Of a stretch of DNA of 64,000 nt, positions 47,849 through 56,564 are shown in pieces. This DNA comes from a virus (lineage: Duplodnaviria; Heunggongvirae; Uroviricota; Caudoviricetes): IMG/VR virus record IMGVR_UViG_3300042483_000604; one strand, 5' to 3'. The notes beneath the pieces are model-generated. The model had not been told where the DNA came from. It ran no database searches and was given only the letters and a program-made list of their open reading frames with translations. The number at the start of each line of letters is the position of its first letter. Position 1 is the stretch's first letter. The position numbers and the translations under genes are program-made.

Positions 47849-48979
47849 TTAATGTGAATCTCCTACATCATGCTTCTCTCCGTAGATCAAATAGTCTGGA
47901 TTGATTACCTTTGCTACTTTCTTTCTATCACCTGAGGTATGTTTGATTACAATTCCTTCATGTGGTACTTTTGTTCCTTCAATGAAGTTATTAAATACAA
48001 ACATGTCTTGAACTTCTTGATTCCAAGTTCCGGTGTAAAGTACTTCTACGTGAGGTAAGTGTAACATATTGATTATTTCATATTGAGCTGAATCTGTTGA
48101 GAGATATTCGTTATCCATTTTTAAATCAAATCCTACGAACTCAATATCTTTCAAACCATATTCATAGTTCTTTTGAATACCGGCTCCATAAATTTCTCCG
48201 TAAAGAATAATTCCATCACCTACATGATAAGTTCCAAGAATATCACATAGGTCCCAAAGTTTTTCTTTAATACTATATTTTTCAGCTATTGTTCTCCAAA
48301 CATCAGTTGAGTAAAATCCTTGTGAGTCACTTCCTTTTTCACAGTTATGTGATCCATAAATGTATTCATAATCAATCCACTCATCAGCAAGTCTAAAGAA
48401 TTTTTTTACTTTATCCCAGAATGATAACTTACCTTTCTTTACAATACCGTATCTAGCATTTGTACCATGAATCTTTCTAGTGATTTGAACCATATCTTCT
48501 TCAGTGAACATTCCTGCTACGTTTTTAAGATTCGGGAATTTGTAGTAGATGTGGAAGTTTTGATTGTCTCTCCACTTAATCTTTCTACCTGAAGCCAATT
48601 GAATTTGTTTAACTGGTGGTTCATATTTTACAATACCAAATTTTTCCATCATGTCATCTCCATCTTGGTATCTGTCTCCATATCCTGGAATGTATTTAGT
48701 TGGGATGATTAGACATTCAGAATAAACTCCTCTTAATTTTACAGTTCTTACTCTACCTCCTTTTCTTAGGTAAGAAGTAACTCCCATTTTTTCAGAAAAT
48801 GCTTCTGGAATTACTGCATCTGTAGTTGCAATAACTGTTAAGTCACCTTCTTTAAATTCACCTTTTTTAGTGATAGCATTCCATCCTCCAACAATTACTT
48901 GTTCAATGTTGTCAGCATTTGGGATTGCTTTAATTTCGTTGATTGTTGCTACAAAGCAAACACTATTTTGATTTTCCAT
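47849..48979 (-). CDS. ATP-dependent RNA ligase (Rnl-type) with N-terminal OB/tRNA-binding-like domain
   Basis: KIHGTN nucleotidyltransferase motif I; promoter 47799-47831. Confidence 0.55.
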   Translation of the reverse strand: MENQNSVCFVATINEIKAIPNADNIEQVIVGGWNAITKKGEFKEGDLTVIATTDAVIPEAFSEKMGVTSYLRKGGRVRTVKLRGVYSECLIIPTKYIPGYGDRYQDGDDMMEKFGIVKYEPPVKQIQLASGRKIKWRDNQNFHIYYKFPNLKNVAGMFTEEDMVQITRKIHGTNARYGIVKKGKLSFWDKVKKFFRLADEWIDYEYIYGSHNCEKGSDSQGFYSTDVWRTIAEKYSIKEKLWDLCDILGTYHVGDGIILYGEIYGAGIQKNYEYGLKDIEFVGFDLKMDNEYLSTDSAQYEIINMLHLPHVEVLYTGTWNQEVQDMFVFNNFIEGTKVPHEGIVIKHTSGDRKKVAKVINPDYLIYGEKHDVGDSH

Positions 48980-49087
48980 TTTCTTTAATTTTGTTACACA
49001 TAATACATTTAACTTCTTTCAATACTAACCTTGTCCCTCGATAATTTATTTTCCAAAATTCTCTGAAGTCATGTTTGCATTCTTTTT

Positions 49088-49489
49088 TCATAACTGTACC
49101 TCGAATCTATTTTTCATTTGTACTAATTTTTCTTCTGGGACTCCATGCTCATTTACTCCTCCATGTCTATTTTCTACAATTAAAGAATAAACTCTGTATC
49201 CGTATTTTTCTGCTAGATCATAGTATGGTTGCATTTCCCATTCCTGAGTGAATGTATTTGATACTATAATTTTTTCATCAGGATTTATTCCGTTCCAATT
49301 TGACATTGACTCTTCAACTACTTGTCTACACCATTCATGAGCTGCTTTTAAATTTGAAGCATTGAATTCATATTCTCCTTTCTCATTAAGAAAGAAATGA
49401 TCTGCTTCATACCAAGAACCCCCTATACAATTTGCAAATGTTGATTTACCTGCTCCAGGTAATCCTCTTAATAAAAATAACTCTTTCAT
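49088..49489 (-). CDS. polynucleotide 5'-kinase (P-loop, T4 Pnk kinase-domain-like)
   Basis: LRGLPGAGKST Walker A, small AAA_33-type fold. Confidence 0.55.
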   Translation of the reverse strand: MKELFLLRGLPGAGKSTFANCIGGSWYEADHFFLNEKGEYEFNASNLKAAHEWCRQVVEESMSNWNGINPDEKIIVSNTFTQEWEMQPYYDLAEKYGYRVYSLIVENRHGGVNEHGVPEEKLVQMKNRFEVQL

Positions 49490-49634
49490 ACTATTCTCTT
49501 TTATCAGATAAATACTTTAAATAAAATGCCCATACTAAGTAGAATGTAGCTCTATCAATTTCTCCTGTCCATGTTGCTCCTACAGCCAAACCTGTACTTA
49601 TTGCTGAGGCTATTAGTAGTGTTGTTTTCATATT

Positions 49635-49904
49635 TTATATTTTTATAATATTATTTACTACTAATGCTCCTATGGCGTAACCTAAAGCTAAAGCAAAGGC
49701 CATTTTTATACGTTCATTCCAGAATTTAGATTCTACCATATAACCTGCAAACGGTAAAGCTAGAAATGGACCAATAAAAGCAAAAAATACCATTCCTATT
49801 GTATTAGCTTCTGCTGTAAAGCGAATATAGAATGTTGAACAAATCTCTATAATTAAAGCACTTGTAAAAATTATTCCATATTTTATATTAGATTCTTTTC
49901 TCAT
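49635..49904 (-). CDS. small membrane protein
   Basis: three hydrophobic segments. Confidence 0.4.
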   Translation of the reverse strand: MRKESNIKYGIIFTSALIIEICSTFYIRFTAEANTIGMVFFAFIGPFLALPFAGYMVESKFWNERIKMAFALALGYAIGALVVNNIIKI

Positions 49905-50538
49905 GATGATCCTTTGGCAACTCTAACTTTCTTATTGGCTGTTTTTCCATCAACGATAATACTTCGTCTAATGAAATTGGCTCTAAACCGTTTCCATCTA
50001 CTCCAACATCCATTGCTTTACCCTCTGCTACTCTTATATCTGCCGGTAAATGAACGTGTCCATGTAAGTGAATTACTCCGATGTTCATATCATGCCATGA
50101 CGCAATTGGATAGTGCATACAAACAAAAGTAAACTTTTCAGTTGTTGCTTTGTTGATTGGTCTTCTTACTTCTAATCTCAAGTATTGCTGTACTGAAGAA
50201 AATAGTCTTTGAATACCTTCCTTGTTTCTTTCAATGTGGTGATCATGGTTTCCAAGTACCAAGTGAATGTTTTTACAGTTGATTTGACTTCTGAATTCTT
50301 CAATCTTATCAAATCCTCCAAAGCTAAAATCCCCTAAGTGAATTAGAATATCATCTTCACCAACCATGTTGTTGATGTTATCCACCAAAGTCTTATTCAT
50401 AGAGGCAAGTGAATCGAATTCTCTTGTCAAGTTTGAAGACTCAGTCCAGTTTGTAGTAGCACTGCAAATGTTTGAATGTGAGTAATGTGTGTCTGATGTA
50501 AAGAACAATTGTTGTCCTTTTTCTAATACTAGTTTCAT
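49888..50538 (-). CDS. metallophosphoesterase (candidate 2',3'-phosphatase partner of the kinase/ligase)
   Basis: DTHYSH, HLGDF, GNHDHH, HGHVH motifs; promoter 50554-50586. Confidence 0.55.
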   Translation of the reverse strand: MKLVLEKGQQLFFTSDTHYSHSNICSATTNWTESSNLTREFDSLASMNKTLVDNINNMVGEDDILIHLGDFSFGGFDKIEEFRSQINCKNIHLVLGNHDHHIERNKEGIQRLFSSVQQYLRLEVRRPINKATTEKFTFVCMHYPIASWHDMNIGVIHLHGHVHLPADIRVAEGKAMDVGVDGNGLEPISLDEVLSLMEKQPIRKLELPKDHHEKRI

Positions 50539-50553
50539 GTCTTATTAATTATA

Positions 50554-50586
50554 CCTAAATATACGAATAAAAGCCTGCCGAAGCAA
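50554..50586 (-). promoter_or_regulatory. promoter motif with UUCG-loop hairpin plus U-run in spacer (terminator-promoter module)
   Basis: sequence. Confidence 0.55.
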
Positions 50587-50920
50587 GCTTTTTGTTAATT
50601 ATTTTTAAAAAAATTGTTGCTGGGATGTAAAGCATATAGACGATGTCGAATGCAAAATCAAGGTCAAAGACCTTCCTTACCACAAAGGCAAGGACAAGAA
50701 CTAAGTCTCAAAGTTGTTAGCCAATTACCTCTTTCGAGCAGACCTGTCTAACGGTTGAGTTCTATCTCAGTTTTGTAAAGTTTGTAAGGAAGCGAGTGTT
50801 AAAGGGCACCTGGCCATTAAATGTAGTTGATTTGCTATCATATAGTTTTATATTTAAAACTCCACTATCCCAGCATAAAGCTTTGGAGGATCGGCTTGTG
50901 CTTACCTCCTTAGCACCAAA

Positions 50921-51832
50921 TTATTGTAACTGTTTTAAGAACATATCAACCACTGGCTGAAATCTAGAATCAATATCAATCTTCATATTAGCAGCTTCTT
51001 TGATTCTTTCTTGACGTTTTGCTTCAAATTCATTAGAAGCTTTTCTAAAATCAGCTCTCCATTTCTCCAACCCTGCATTGTAGTCAGCATCCTGTTTGCC
51101 GTTTATCTCATTCAATTCAGCTTGAATTTCTGCTCTTTCATTAGCAATACGAGCATTTTCAGTTGTTACTGAGTTCTTTACTTTAGATTTAAAGTAGTTA
51201 ACTTTTTGCTCATAGTTTCTATGAAGACTAGCTAACTCTTCGTGAATTGCAAGTAACCCTTCTGAGGTGTGGTGAATAGAAACTTTCATAGGAGTTTTCT
51301 TTCCTACTTCGATTTCCATAAACTCTAAAGTCTTAATGGTAGGTAATTCACTTCTTAATTTATCTAATTTACCTCCTTTGTGGATAAATTGTCCAATATG
51401 TGAAGCGTAAGCTTCTGCTTCTAAGTATTCGTTATACTCTGCTGTAGTCAATTGAGACCATCCCCATTCCTCATCTATTAAGGAAGGTAATTCTTTAGTT
51501 GCAGTTTTAGGTCTTTCTGGAGCTAGGATAGTATAGTCAAAGTCCTCAAATTGGATCTCTTTGATTAATTCGTCTTTTGCTTTGATGTTCTCCATCAAGA
51601 AGGCTTGTGTAGCAGATAGTCTTGCTTTTTCTGTTAACAGTTCTACTGTATTTGCAGGCATTGGATTACCCTGAGTCTCAGTATAGGTCTCTGAGCCAAT
51701 TACTAATGTTTTAGAAACATTATTAACATCTGCTAATTTATTAGAAATTTCTTTTGCTCTTTGATTGCACAAGTTTGAGATTGATTGTGCTTGAGACATT
51801 GATAACCCTTTTGTAGATAACGAATTTTTCAT
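50921..51832 (-). CDS. hypothetical coiled-coil protein
   Basis: ORF track. Confidence 0.45.
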   Translation of the reverse strand: MKNSLSTKGLSMSQAQSISNLCNQRAKEISNKLADVNNVSKTLVIGSETYTETQGNPMPANTVELLTEKARLSATQAFLMENIKAKDELIKEIQFEDFDYTILAPERPKTATKELPSLIDEEWGWSQLTTAEYNEYLEAEAYASHIGQFIHKGGKLDKLRSELPTIKTLEFMEIEVGKKTPMKVSIHHTSEGLLAIHEELASLHRNYEQKVNYFKSKVKNSVTTENARIANERAEIQAELNEINGKQDADYNAGLEKWRADFRKASNEFEAKRQERIKEAANMKIDIDSRFQPVVDMFLKQLQ

Positions 51833-51911
51833 ATGATAACTTTTTAATTTTGATTTATACTCTAATATAAGAAGAAAGGTTCAGGTTTCCAAACCTTTCT
51901 CCGAATATTTC

Positions 51912-52163
51912 TTATTGGTGATGTTTGATATACCTCCCATGTCTGTCTACTCTGACATTCATTCTTGTTAAATCAAAATACCAATTGTTAAACTTACCCA
52001 AGCGAGATTTCTGTCTTGCTTGTAGGTTTGCAGATTTTTCTGCTTCTTCTCGTCCGTTCTCTGTTGTTTCAACAAAAAACGTGGGAGCCTGAACACCAGT
52101 CATGCTGGTTGGAACTACTCTCCAAATTCTCAATTTCTGAGTCATAATACTTGAACTAGTCAA
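51912..52163 (-). CDS. hypothetical protein
   Basis: ORF track. Confidence 0.4.
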   Translation of the reverse strand: MTSSSIMTQKLRIWRVVPTSMTGVQAPTFFVETTENGREEAEKSANLQARQKSRLGKFNNWYFDLTRMNVRVDRHGRYIKHHQ

Positions 52164-52212
52164 GTACTACATTGGAGATGAGGGAATTGCTCTCATATTG
52201 GATAAACTTTAG

Positions 52213-52287
52213 TGTCCTATACAGGATTCGAACCTGTGACCTTCTCGTTATGAGCGAGCTGCTCTAACCGGCTGAGCTAAAAGGACA
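52213..52287 (-). tRNA. tRNA-Met/Ile2 (CAT)
   Basis: GGTTCGAATCC T-loop on minus strand, cloverleaf with CTCATAA anticodon loop. Confidence 0.7.
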
Positions 52288-52292
52288 ATTTG

Positions 52293-52366
52293 TAGCGTAG
52301 CGTGGACTCGAACCACCCCCCAGGCTTATGAGACCTAGATGCAACCTTTACACCTTAACGCAATTT
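52293..52366 (-). tRNA. tRNA-like, CAT anticodon loop, poorly paired acceptor/D arms
   Basis: TTCGAGT T-loop and CTCATAA loop, but acceptor has only 4 bp. Confidence 0.3.
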
Positions 52367-52372
52367 ATAAGC

Positions 52373-52444
52373 GGTCTGCACGGGGATCGAACCCGCAATC
52401 TTCGCAGTGACAGTGCGACGTGTTACCAATAACACCTCCAGACC
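52373..52444 (-). tRNA. tRNA-Asp (GTC)
   Basis: cloverleaf, loop CTGTCAC. Confidence 0.75.
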
Positions 52445-52498
52445 AAAATGCCCGTCTGTTCCGAGCTGTCAACCACCAGCTGTTATACAGCTGTATAG

Positions 52499-52570
52499 TG
52501 GAGCTACCGGGATTCGAACCCGGAATAACAGAATGCAAATCTATCGTGATGCCAATTTCACTATAGCCCC
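52499..52570 (-). tRNA. tRNA-Ala (TGC)
   Basis: cloverleaf, G3-U70 identity pair, loop TTTGCAT. Confidence 0.8.
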
Positions 52571-52645
52571 AGTTACTCGTCTTTCCGAGTCGTCAAATCT
52601 AGAAGCTGATTAAGCTATTCCTCCTAATACGAATAAAGAGCTCTG

Positions 52646-52717
52646 TACTGCGTACGGGATTCGAACCCGTGCCTTATCATAGAAAGTGATACGTGTTTAC
52701 CCCTTCACTAACGCAGC
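52646..52717 (-). tRNA. tRNA-Glu (TTC)
   Basis: cloverleaf, loop CTTTCTA. Confidence 0.75.
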
Positions 52718-52723
52718 AATTTG

Positions 52724-52795
52724 AGCGGCTAGAGAGAATCGAACTCTCATCTTTAGATTGGAAGTCTAAAGTAATGACCATTATACGATAGCCGC
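52724..52795 (-). tRNA. tRNA-Gly (TCC)
   Basis: cloverleaf, loop CTTCCAA. Confidence 0.8.
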
Positions 52796-52800
52796 AGTTG

Positions 52801-52874
52801 AGCTTCTGGACGGGATCGAACCGACTCTATTCTGGGTTACAAATCCAGTGCACCACCATTTGTGCGTCAGAAGC
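52801..52874 (-). tRNA. tRNA-Thr (TGT)
   Basis: cloverleaf, loop TTTGTAA closed by an A-C mismatch. Confidence 0.6.
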
Positions 52875-53069
52875 AAATTTAAACTATTAGAGGCTATTGG
52901 GAGTCATCAGTGGCAGCCTTTCACCGTAAACTCGGCTTCCCAATCTTATCTGCACATCTATCTAACTTTTTACGCATAATAGTTTATATTTTAATTAGAG
53001 CCGGGCTATGAATCCGTTCTGCAGGTTAGCCCCTGCTGCTTTAACCTTTATAAGCTAACTCTAATTTTG

Positions 53070-53143
53070 TACCCAAGGAGGGACTCGAACCCTCAATATC
53101 TAGATCCTAAGTCTAGCGTGTCTGCCAATTCCACCACTCGGGC
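53070..53143 (-). tRNA. tRNA with anticodon TAG (Leu-like D arm, short variable arm)
   Basis: GTGGAATTGGCAGAC D-arm like tRNA-Leu, loop CTTAGGA, A73, but only a 5-nt variable region. Confidence 0.5.
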
Positions 53144-53238
53144 ATTTGCCGCATGTGCGGCCACTTATCAATCGGTAGCTCCCTCTCGTTGTCCATCTGT
53201 GGGTGTAACACATTTGGTAGAGGGTCGAACCTTCAATG

Positions 53239-53309
53239 AGGTCGGTGTTGGAATCGAACCAACGTTACAGAGTTTGCAATCCTGCGCCTAACCATTCGGC
53301 CAACCGACC
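53239..53309 (-). tRNA. tRNA-Cys (GCA)
   Basis: cloverleaf, loop TTGCAAA, U73. Confidence 0.65.
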
Positions 53310-53394
53310 AATTTAAACATCTAGCCTGACCTGCCAGACAGTACGTGTCGTCGATCGTGCGTTACGTAGTAGATGTTTTATCTTCTTTCTTATA

Positions 53395-53427
53395 CTTAAA
53401 GATATGAACTTTATTTCTTTCTAGCAA
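53395..53427 (-). promoter_or_regulatory. promoter motif positioned to transcribe the tRNA sub-array 52213-53309
   Basis: sequence. Confidence 0.5.
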
Positions 53428-53436
53428 CTTTTTTTA

Positions 53437-53943
53437 CTAAAAAAATAAAAAAGTTTCCCATTCCTTTGGTATGTGTGTCATAGTTCTCATTAACATTAAA
53501 TAGTGAGGTCTTTTTGGTTCTGGAATTTCCTTACCGTATTCCTCTAATGTTAAATCTGCTTTCTCATGATTACATGGTCTGCAGGCTGTTACTAAATTAT
53601 CCCAAGCATCTTTTCCTCCTTTTGATTGAGGTATAACATGGTCAAGTGTTAGTGTTCTTTGATTTGAACATCCGCAGTAAACACATTCGTAATTATCTCT
53701 TCTATAAATATTCTCTCTTGTTAGAGCTACTTTTTGAATATTATGTTTTACATATGTAAATACTCTAATAATAGAAGGTTTATAAATTGTTAATTCTGGG
53801 TTATACAGATTAAATGTTTCTGGATGTTCAGCTATTACTTCAGCATTACCTTTATAAGAAATCACGAAAGCTCTTTCTGTACTTATAACTGATCTTGCGA
53901 TAAAGCTGGCATCTACTACTAGTGCTTTTTGATACTTACTCAT
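53437..53943 (-). CDS. HNH endonuclease inserted within the tRNA array
   Basis: CVYCG...LDHVIPQSKGG..WDNLVTAC..CNHEK canonical HNH motif. Confidence 0.8.
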   Translation of the reverse strand: MSKYQKALVVDASFIARSVISTERAFVISYKGNAEVIAEHPETFNLYNPELTIYKPSIIRVFTYVKHNIQKVALTRENIYRRDNYECVYCGCSNQRTLTLDHVIPQSKGGKDAWDNLVTACRPCNHEKADLTLEEYGKEIPEPKRPHYLMLMRTMTHIPKEWETFLFF

Positions 53944-53975
53944 GATTTACTTTTTTTAATGAAACAATATATTTG

Positions 53976-54052
53976 CGCGAACCCTAGGAATCGAACCCAG
54001 CCGTCGAGGTTTTGGAGACCTGACCGACACCTTGTCTGTGGAACGCATTTGT
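53976..54052 (-). other. degenerate tRNA-like element
   Basis: TTCGATT T-arm but no acceptable acceptor/anticodon arms. Confidence 0.25.
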
Positions 54053-54118
54053 AGGGTATCGCTTAACCTACCTAGATTAGCCTCATCTACTTAACCCTTA
54101 TGAGGGACGATTTTTTTG

Positions 54119-54189
54119 AACCCATACCTGGACTTGAACCAGGACTGAAACGTTAGAAGCGTTTAGTTCTTCCGATTAAACTATACGGG
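54119..54189 (-). tRNA. tRNA-Arg (TCT)
   Basis: cloverleaf, loop CTTCTAA, TTCAAGT T-loop. Confidence 0.7.
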
Positions 54190-54195
54190 CAGTTG

Positions 54196-54267
54196 AGGTC
54201 TTAGTAGGAGTCGAACCTACGTTCTATCGTTCGTAGCGATAAGTTTTTCCAATTAAACTATAAGACC
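54196..54267 (-). tRNA. tRNA-Arg (ACG)
   Basis: cloverleaf, loop CTACGAA. Confidence 0.75.
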
Positions 54268-54343
54268 AAATAAGAGAGGCTTTATTTAAGCTACTTTCTG
54301 CTATGCAACAGGGTAGGCAATTAGTCCTACATCTCTCTCTTTG

Positions 54344-54423
54344 TACCCCTGACTGGAGTCGAACCAGCAAGCCTGAGCGCCAAGTTTTAAGCCTGGTGTG
54401 TTTACCATTTTCACCACAGGGAT
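54344..54423 (-). tRNA. tRNA-Leu (TAA), class II
   Basis: loop CTTAAAA, 11-nt variable arm, A73. Confidence 0.65.
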
Positions 54424-54430
54424 ATGTTTG

Positions 54431-54504
54431 TGTGAAAGATGGGACTCGAACCCACAATCTCCTGAACCACAATCAGACGCTTTACCAATTCAGCTACAAT
54501 CACC
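54431..54504 (-). tRNA. tRNA-His (GTG)
   Basis: loop TTGTGGT, extra 5' G(-1); acceptor has two U-U mismatches. Confidence 0.55.
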
Positions 54505-54710
54505 ATATTGTACCGACTACAAGTTACGCTCTTGTCTGAGAATACTTATGAGATATTCTCGATCCTAGATCAAGTCGGTAGTTGATAGGGAACCTCTTAC
54601 CCTATCGCTGTACTATCTGATTTTAAAGTGTCTTACCACGGGGCCCCGTTCGTACTTCCTTCTCCTGCATTCCTTAGATGCGTTGTGAGGACGGTGAGGA
54701 GGTTTTTTTG

Positions 54711-54793
54711 AGGAAAGCAGAGGTATCGAACCCCATGCCCGAAGGCACGATACGCTTAGCAAGCGGTCTCAACTCCTAGTTGATTTACTTTCC
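54711..54793 (-). tRNA. tRNA-Ser (GCT), class II
   Basis: loop TTGCTAA, long variable-arm hairpin with UUCG loop; T-stem imperfect. Confidence 0.45.
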
Positions 54794-54798
54794 CTTTG

Positions 54799-54872
54799 TA
54801 GGTAATATAGGAATCGAACCTATAACCTCTCACGTATCAGGCGAGTGCTCTAACCAATTGAGCTAATTACCT
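54799..54872 (-). tRNA. tRNA-Ile (GAT)
   Basis: clean cloverleaf, loop CTGATAC. Confidence 0.8.
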
Positions 54873-54879
54873 ATTTTTG

Positions 54880-54955
54880 TGCTCATAGCTGGAATCGAAC
54901 CAACCTCGATAAGTCACTTACTCCAACCAACTGCTACTTGTTACGTACCTTGAGC
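54880..54955 (-). tRNA. tRNA, anticodon unresolved
   Basis: good T-arm and acceptor; D/anticodon arms could not be folded by eye. Confidence 0.4.
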
Positions 54956-55032
54956 TTTTACGATTGACCGTCACGTTATCCCACTTCAGGTTGGGGAGCT
55001 ACCACACTACCTGTTATACGAGCATTTAATTG

Positions 55033-55104
55033 CGGGCCTGGGAGGAATCGAACCTCCATAAGATGATTAACAGTCATCCGTAATAACCTTTATACGACAA
55101 ACCC
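55033..55104 (-). tRNA. tRNA-Asn (GTT)
   Basis: cloverleaf, perfect GATGA/TCATC anticodon stem, loop CTGTTAA. Confidence 0.8.
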
Positions 55105-55109
55105 GGTTG

Positions 55110-55182
55110 TGGACCCTACAGGAATCGAACCTGTTCCTCTAGTTCTTCAGACTAGCGTACGCACCAGCTATACAAAAGGTCC
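55110..55182 (-). tRNA. tRNA-Phe (GAA)
   Basis: cloverleaf, loop CTGAAGA. Confidence 0.8.
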
Positions 55183-55187
55183 AATTG

Positions 55188-55270
55188 TGGGATACTGTGG
55201 AATCGAACCACACGCTTCTTACAGCAACGATTTTACAGACCGCTTATCACACCAGTGACTGAAGCATCCC
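55188..55270 (-). tRNA. tRNA-Tyr (GTA), class II
   Basis: loop CTGTAAA, long variable arm. Confidence 0.7.
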
Positions 55271-55276
55271 AATTTG

Positions 55277-55348
55277 ATCATTCTACAGGAATCGAACCTG
55301 CTTCTCCACCCTCCACGGGCAGCGTAGTCACCAATCTACCAAGAACGA
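55277..55348 (-). tRNA. tRNA, atypical anticodon loop CGTGGAG (TGG-like, lacks U33)
   Basis: good acceptor, D and T arms. Confidence 0.4.
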
Positions 55349-55447
55349 AACTATAACAAGCTTTCATCGGCAAATTACTAACTCATAATAGACTCCATAT
55401 AGTCTTGAAAATACTTGCCGGTATTTTACTTGCTACCCAGAATTTTG

Positions 55448-55518
55448 TACCTCGTGATAGAATCGAACTATCGCCCTTTGCATGTAAAACAAATACGCTA
55501 CCATTACGCCAACGAGGC
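55448..55518 (-). tRNA. tRNA-Val (TAC)
   Basis: cloverleaf, loop TTTACAT. Confidence 0.75.
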
Positions 55519-55575
55519 AAATCTAATTCTACGCTTCGGTCTAAAAGCCCTTCTATGAATTAGTAACAGTCTTCT
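55519..55575 (-). repeat. conserved tRNA 5'-leader, copy 1 (upstream of tRNA-Val)
   Basis: CAAATCTAATTCTACGCTTCG...CTTCTATGAATTAGTAACAGTCT shared with 55653-55712. Confidence 0.5.
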
Positions 55576-55579
55576 TTTG

Positions 55580-55652
55580 TACCCCCGGCTGGCCTCGAAC
55601 CAGCTACCCCCGAGTTAAAAGCCCGGTGCCCGTCCACATGAGCTTCGAAGGC
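55580..55652 (-). tRNA. tRNA-Lys (TTT)
   Basis: cloverleaf, loop CTTTTAA, perfect T-stem. Confidence 0.7.
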
Positions 55653-55712
55653 AAATCTAATTCTACGCTTCGAGGACTTACTCGCGTGGTCTTCTATGAA
55701 TTAGTAACAGTC
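55653..55712 (-). repeat. conserved tRNA 5'-leader, copy 2 (upstream of tRNA-Lys)
   Basis: direct repeat of 55519-55575. Confidence 0.5.
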
Positions 55713-55720
55713 TCTTCTCG

Positions 55721-55796
55721 TCTGGTAGGCAGGATTCGAACCTGCGTGCTCTAGCGTCCAAGGCCAGCGAGATAAACCGGACTCCTCTACTACCAG
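55721..55796 (-). tRNA. tRNA-Pro (TGG)
   Basis: cloverleaf, loop CTTGGAC. Confidence 0.75.
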
Positions 55797-56011
55797 TGGT
55801 GAAGGGATTATTTTTTTAAAGTAGAATTCGCCCATCTCAAAACTACTGTAATTTCCGTAAGCAAAGCCATCGGGCTGATTCCCTGTACTCATGTCTTGCA
55901 TCGTTTTCTCCATATGGATTTCTCCACTACTTACTGATAATGCTTTCTTTACTAACCGTCCTACTTACTGATCAAGTGTTGGGATAGGCTTTCATTACTT
56001 ACAATTATTTG

Positions 56012-56083
56012 TTGGCTTACTAGGATTCGAACCTAGACTAAAACAGTCAAAGTGTTTTGTGCTAACCGTTACACTATAAGCCA
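56012..56083 (-). tRNA. tRNA-Gln (TTG)
   Basis: cloverleaf, AAACA/TGTTT stem, loop CTTTGAC. Confidence 0.8.
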
Positions 56084-56089
56084 ATATTG

Positions 56090-56173
56090 AGGAAGACGTG
56101 GGACTCGAACCCACAACAGTATTACCTGCTACCACTTTTCAAGAGTGGCTCCTGATCCAGCCGGATGCCTTCC
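56090..56173 (-). tRNA. tRNA-Ser (TGA), class II
   Basis: CCACT/AGTGG stem, loop CTTGAAA, long variable arm. Confidence 0.7.
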
Positions 56174-56221
56174 CTATGCTTTATCCAATATGTCAATGAA
56201 CTCTTATTCTTTATTTCTGTA

Positions 56222-56253
56222 CCTAAAGATACGATTTTTTTTTCTTTCTAGCA
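56222..56253 (-). promoter_or_regulatory. promoter motif positioned to transcribe the tRNA sub-array ending at 56173
   Basis: sequence. Confidence 0.5.
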
Positions 56254-56270
56254 ACTTTTTTTTAATAAAA

Positions 56271-56305
56271 AACCCGAATCTTTTTTTGATCCGGGTACCT
56301 TACTT
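56271..56305 (-). terminator. hairpin plus U-run upstream of the promoter at 56222
   Basis: ACCCGGATC-A7-GATTCGGGT then U6 on the minus strand. Confidence 0.35.
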
Positions 56306-56332
56306 ATAATATGTATTTTATACTATATCATA

Positions 56333-56476
56333 TCATACCCCGGTACCTCCTTGTTTCGGTTCGTTATTATATCCAGCAAAGCCTAAAATGACATCCCCAC
56401 ATAACGAATCCGACCACGTATTCAATGCTCTTGTCGCTGTGCTAAGTTGTTGATGTATGTTTTGAATTGCTTTCAT
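56333..56476 (-). CDS. small hypothetical protein (47 aa)
   Basis: ORF preceded by tandem promoter motifs 56496-56527 and 56565-56596. Confidence 0.25.
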   Translation of the reverse strand: MKAIQNIHQQLSTATRALNTWSDSLCGDVILGFAGYNNEPKQGGTGV

Positions 56477-56495
56477 TTTATTTGCTTTCTATATA

Positions 56496-56527
56496 TAAAT
56501 ATATGAACTTTTCCATTCCAGTCCAAC
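56496..56527 (-). promoter_or_regulatory. promoter motif (tandem copy 1)
   Basis: sequence. Confidence 0.4.
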
Positions 56528-56564
56528 TATATTTTAATTTTTTTTCTTTGTGTTTTTATATATT

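Noticed and set aside
53144-53238. Possible additional tRNA between tRNA(TAG) and tRNA-Cys (GGTCGAACC motif at 53226)
   Set aside because: The T-loop-like motif sits at the wrong end relative to any acceptor pairing and no cloverleaf could be folded. It was kept only as a structured spacer (hairpin GCCGCA-TG-TGCGGC).
55701-55913. 70-aa minus-strand ORF (also 54224-54472, 56855-57049, 57021-57203, 52407-52613+, 53067-53291+, 54303-54539+)
   Set aside because: All overlap tRNA genes or GC-rich tRNA spacers. They are open frames caused by the locally higher GC content, not genes.
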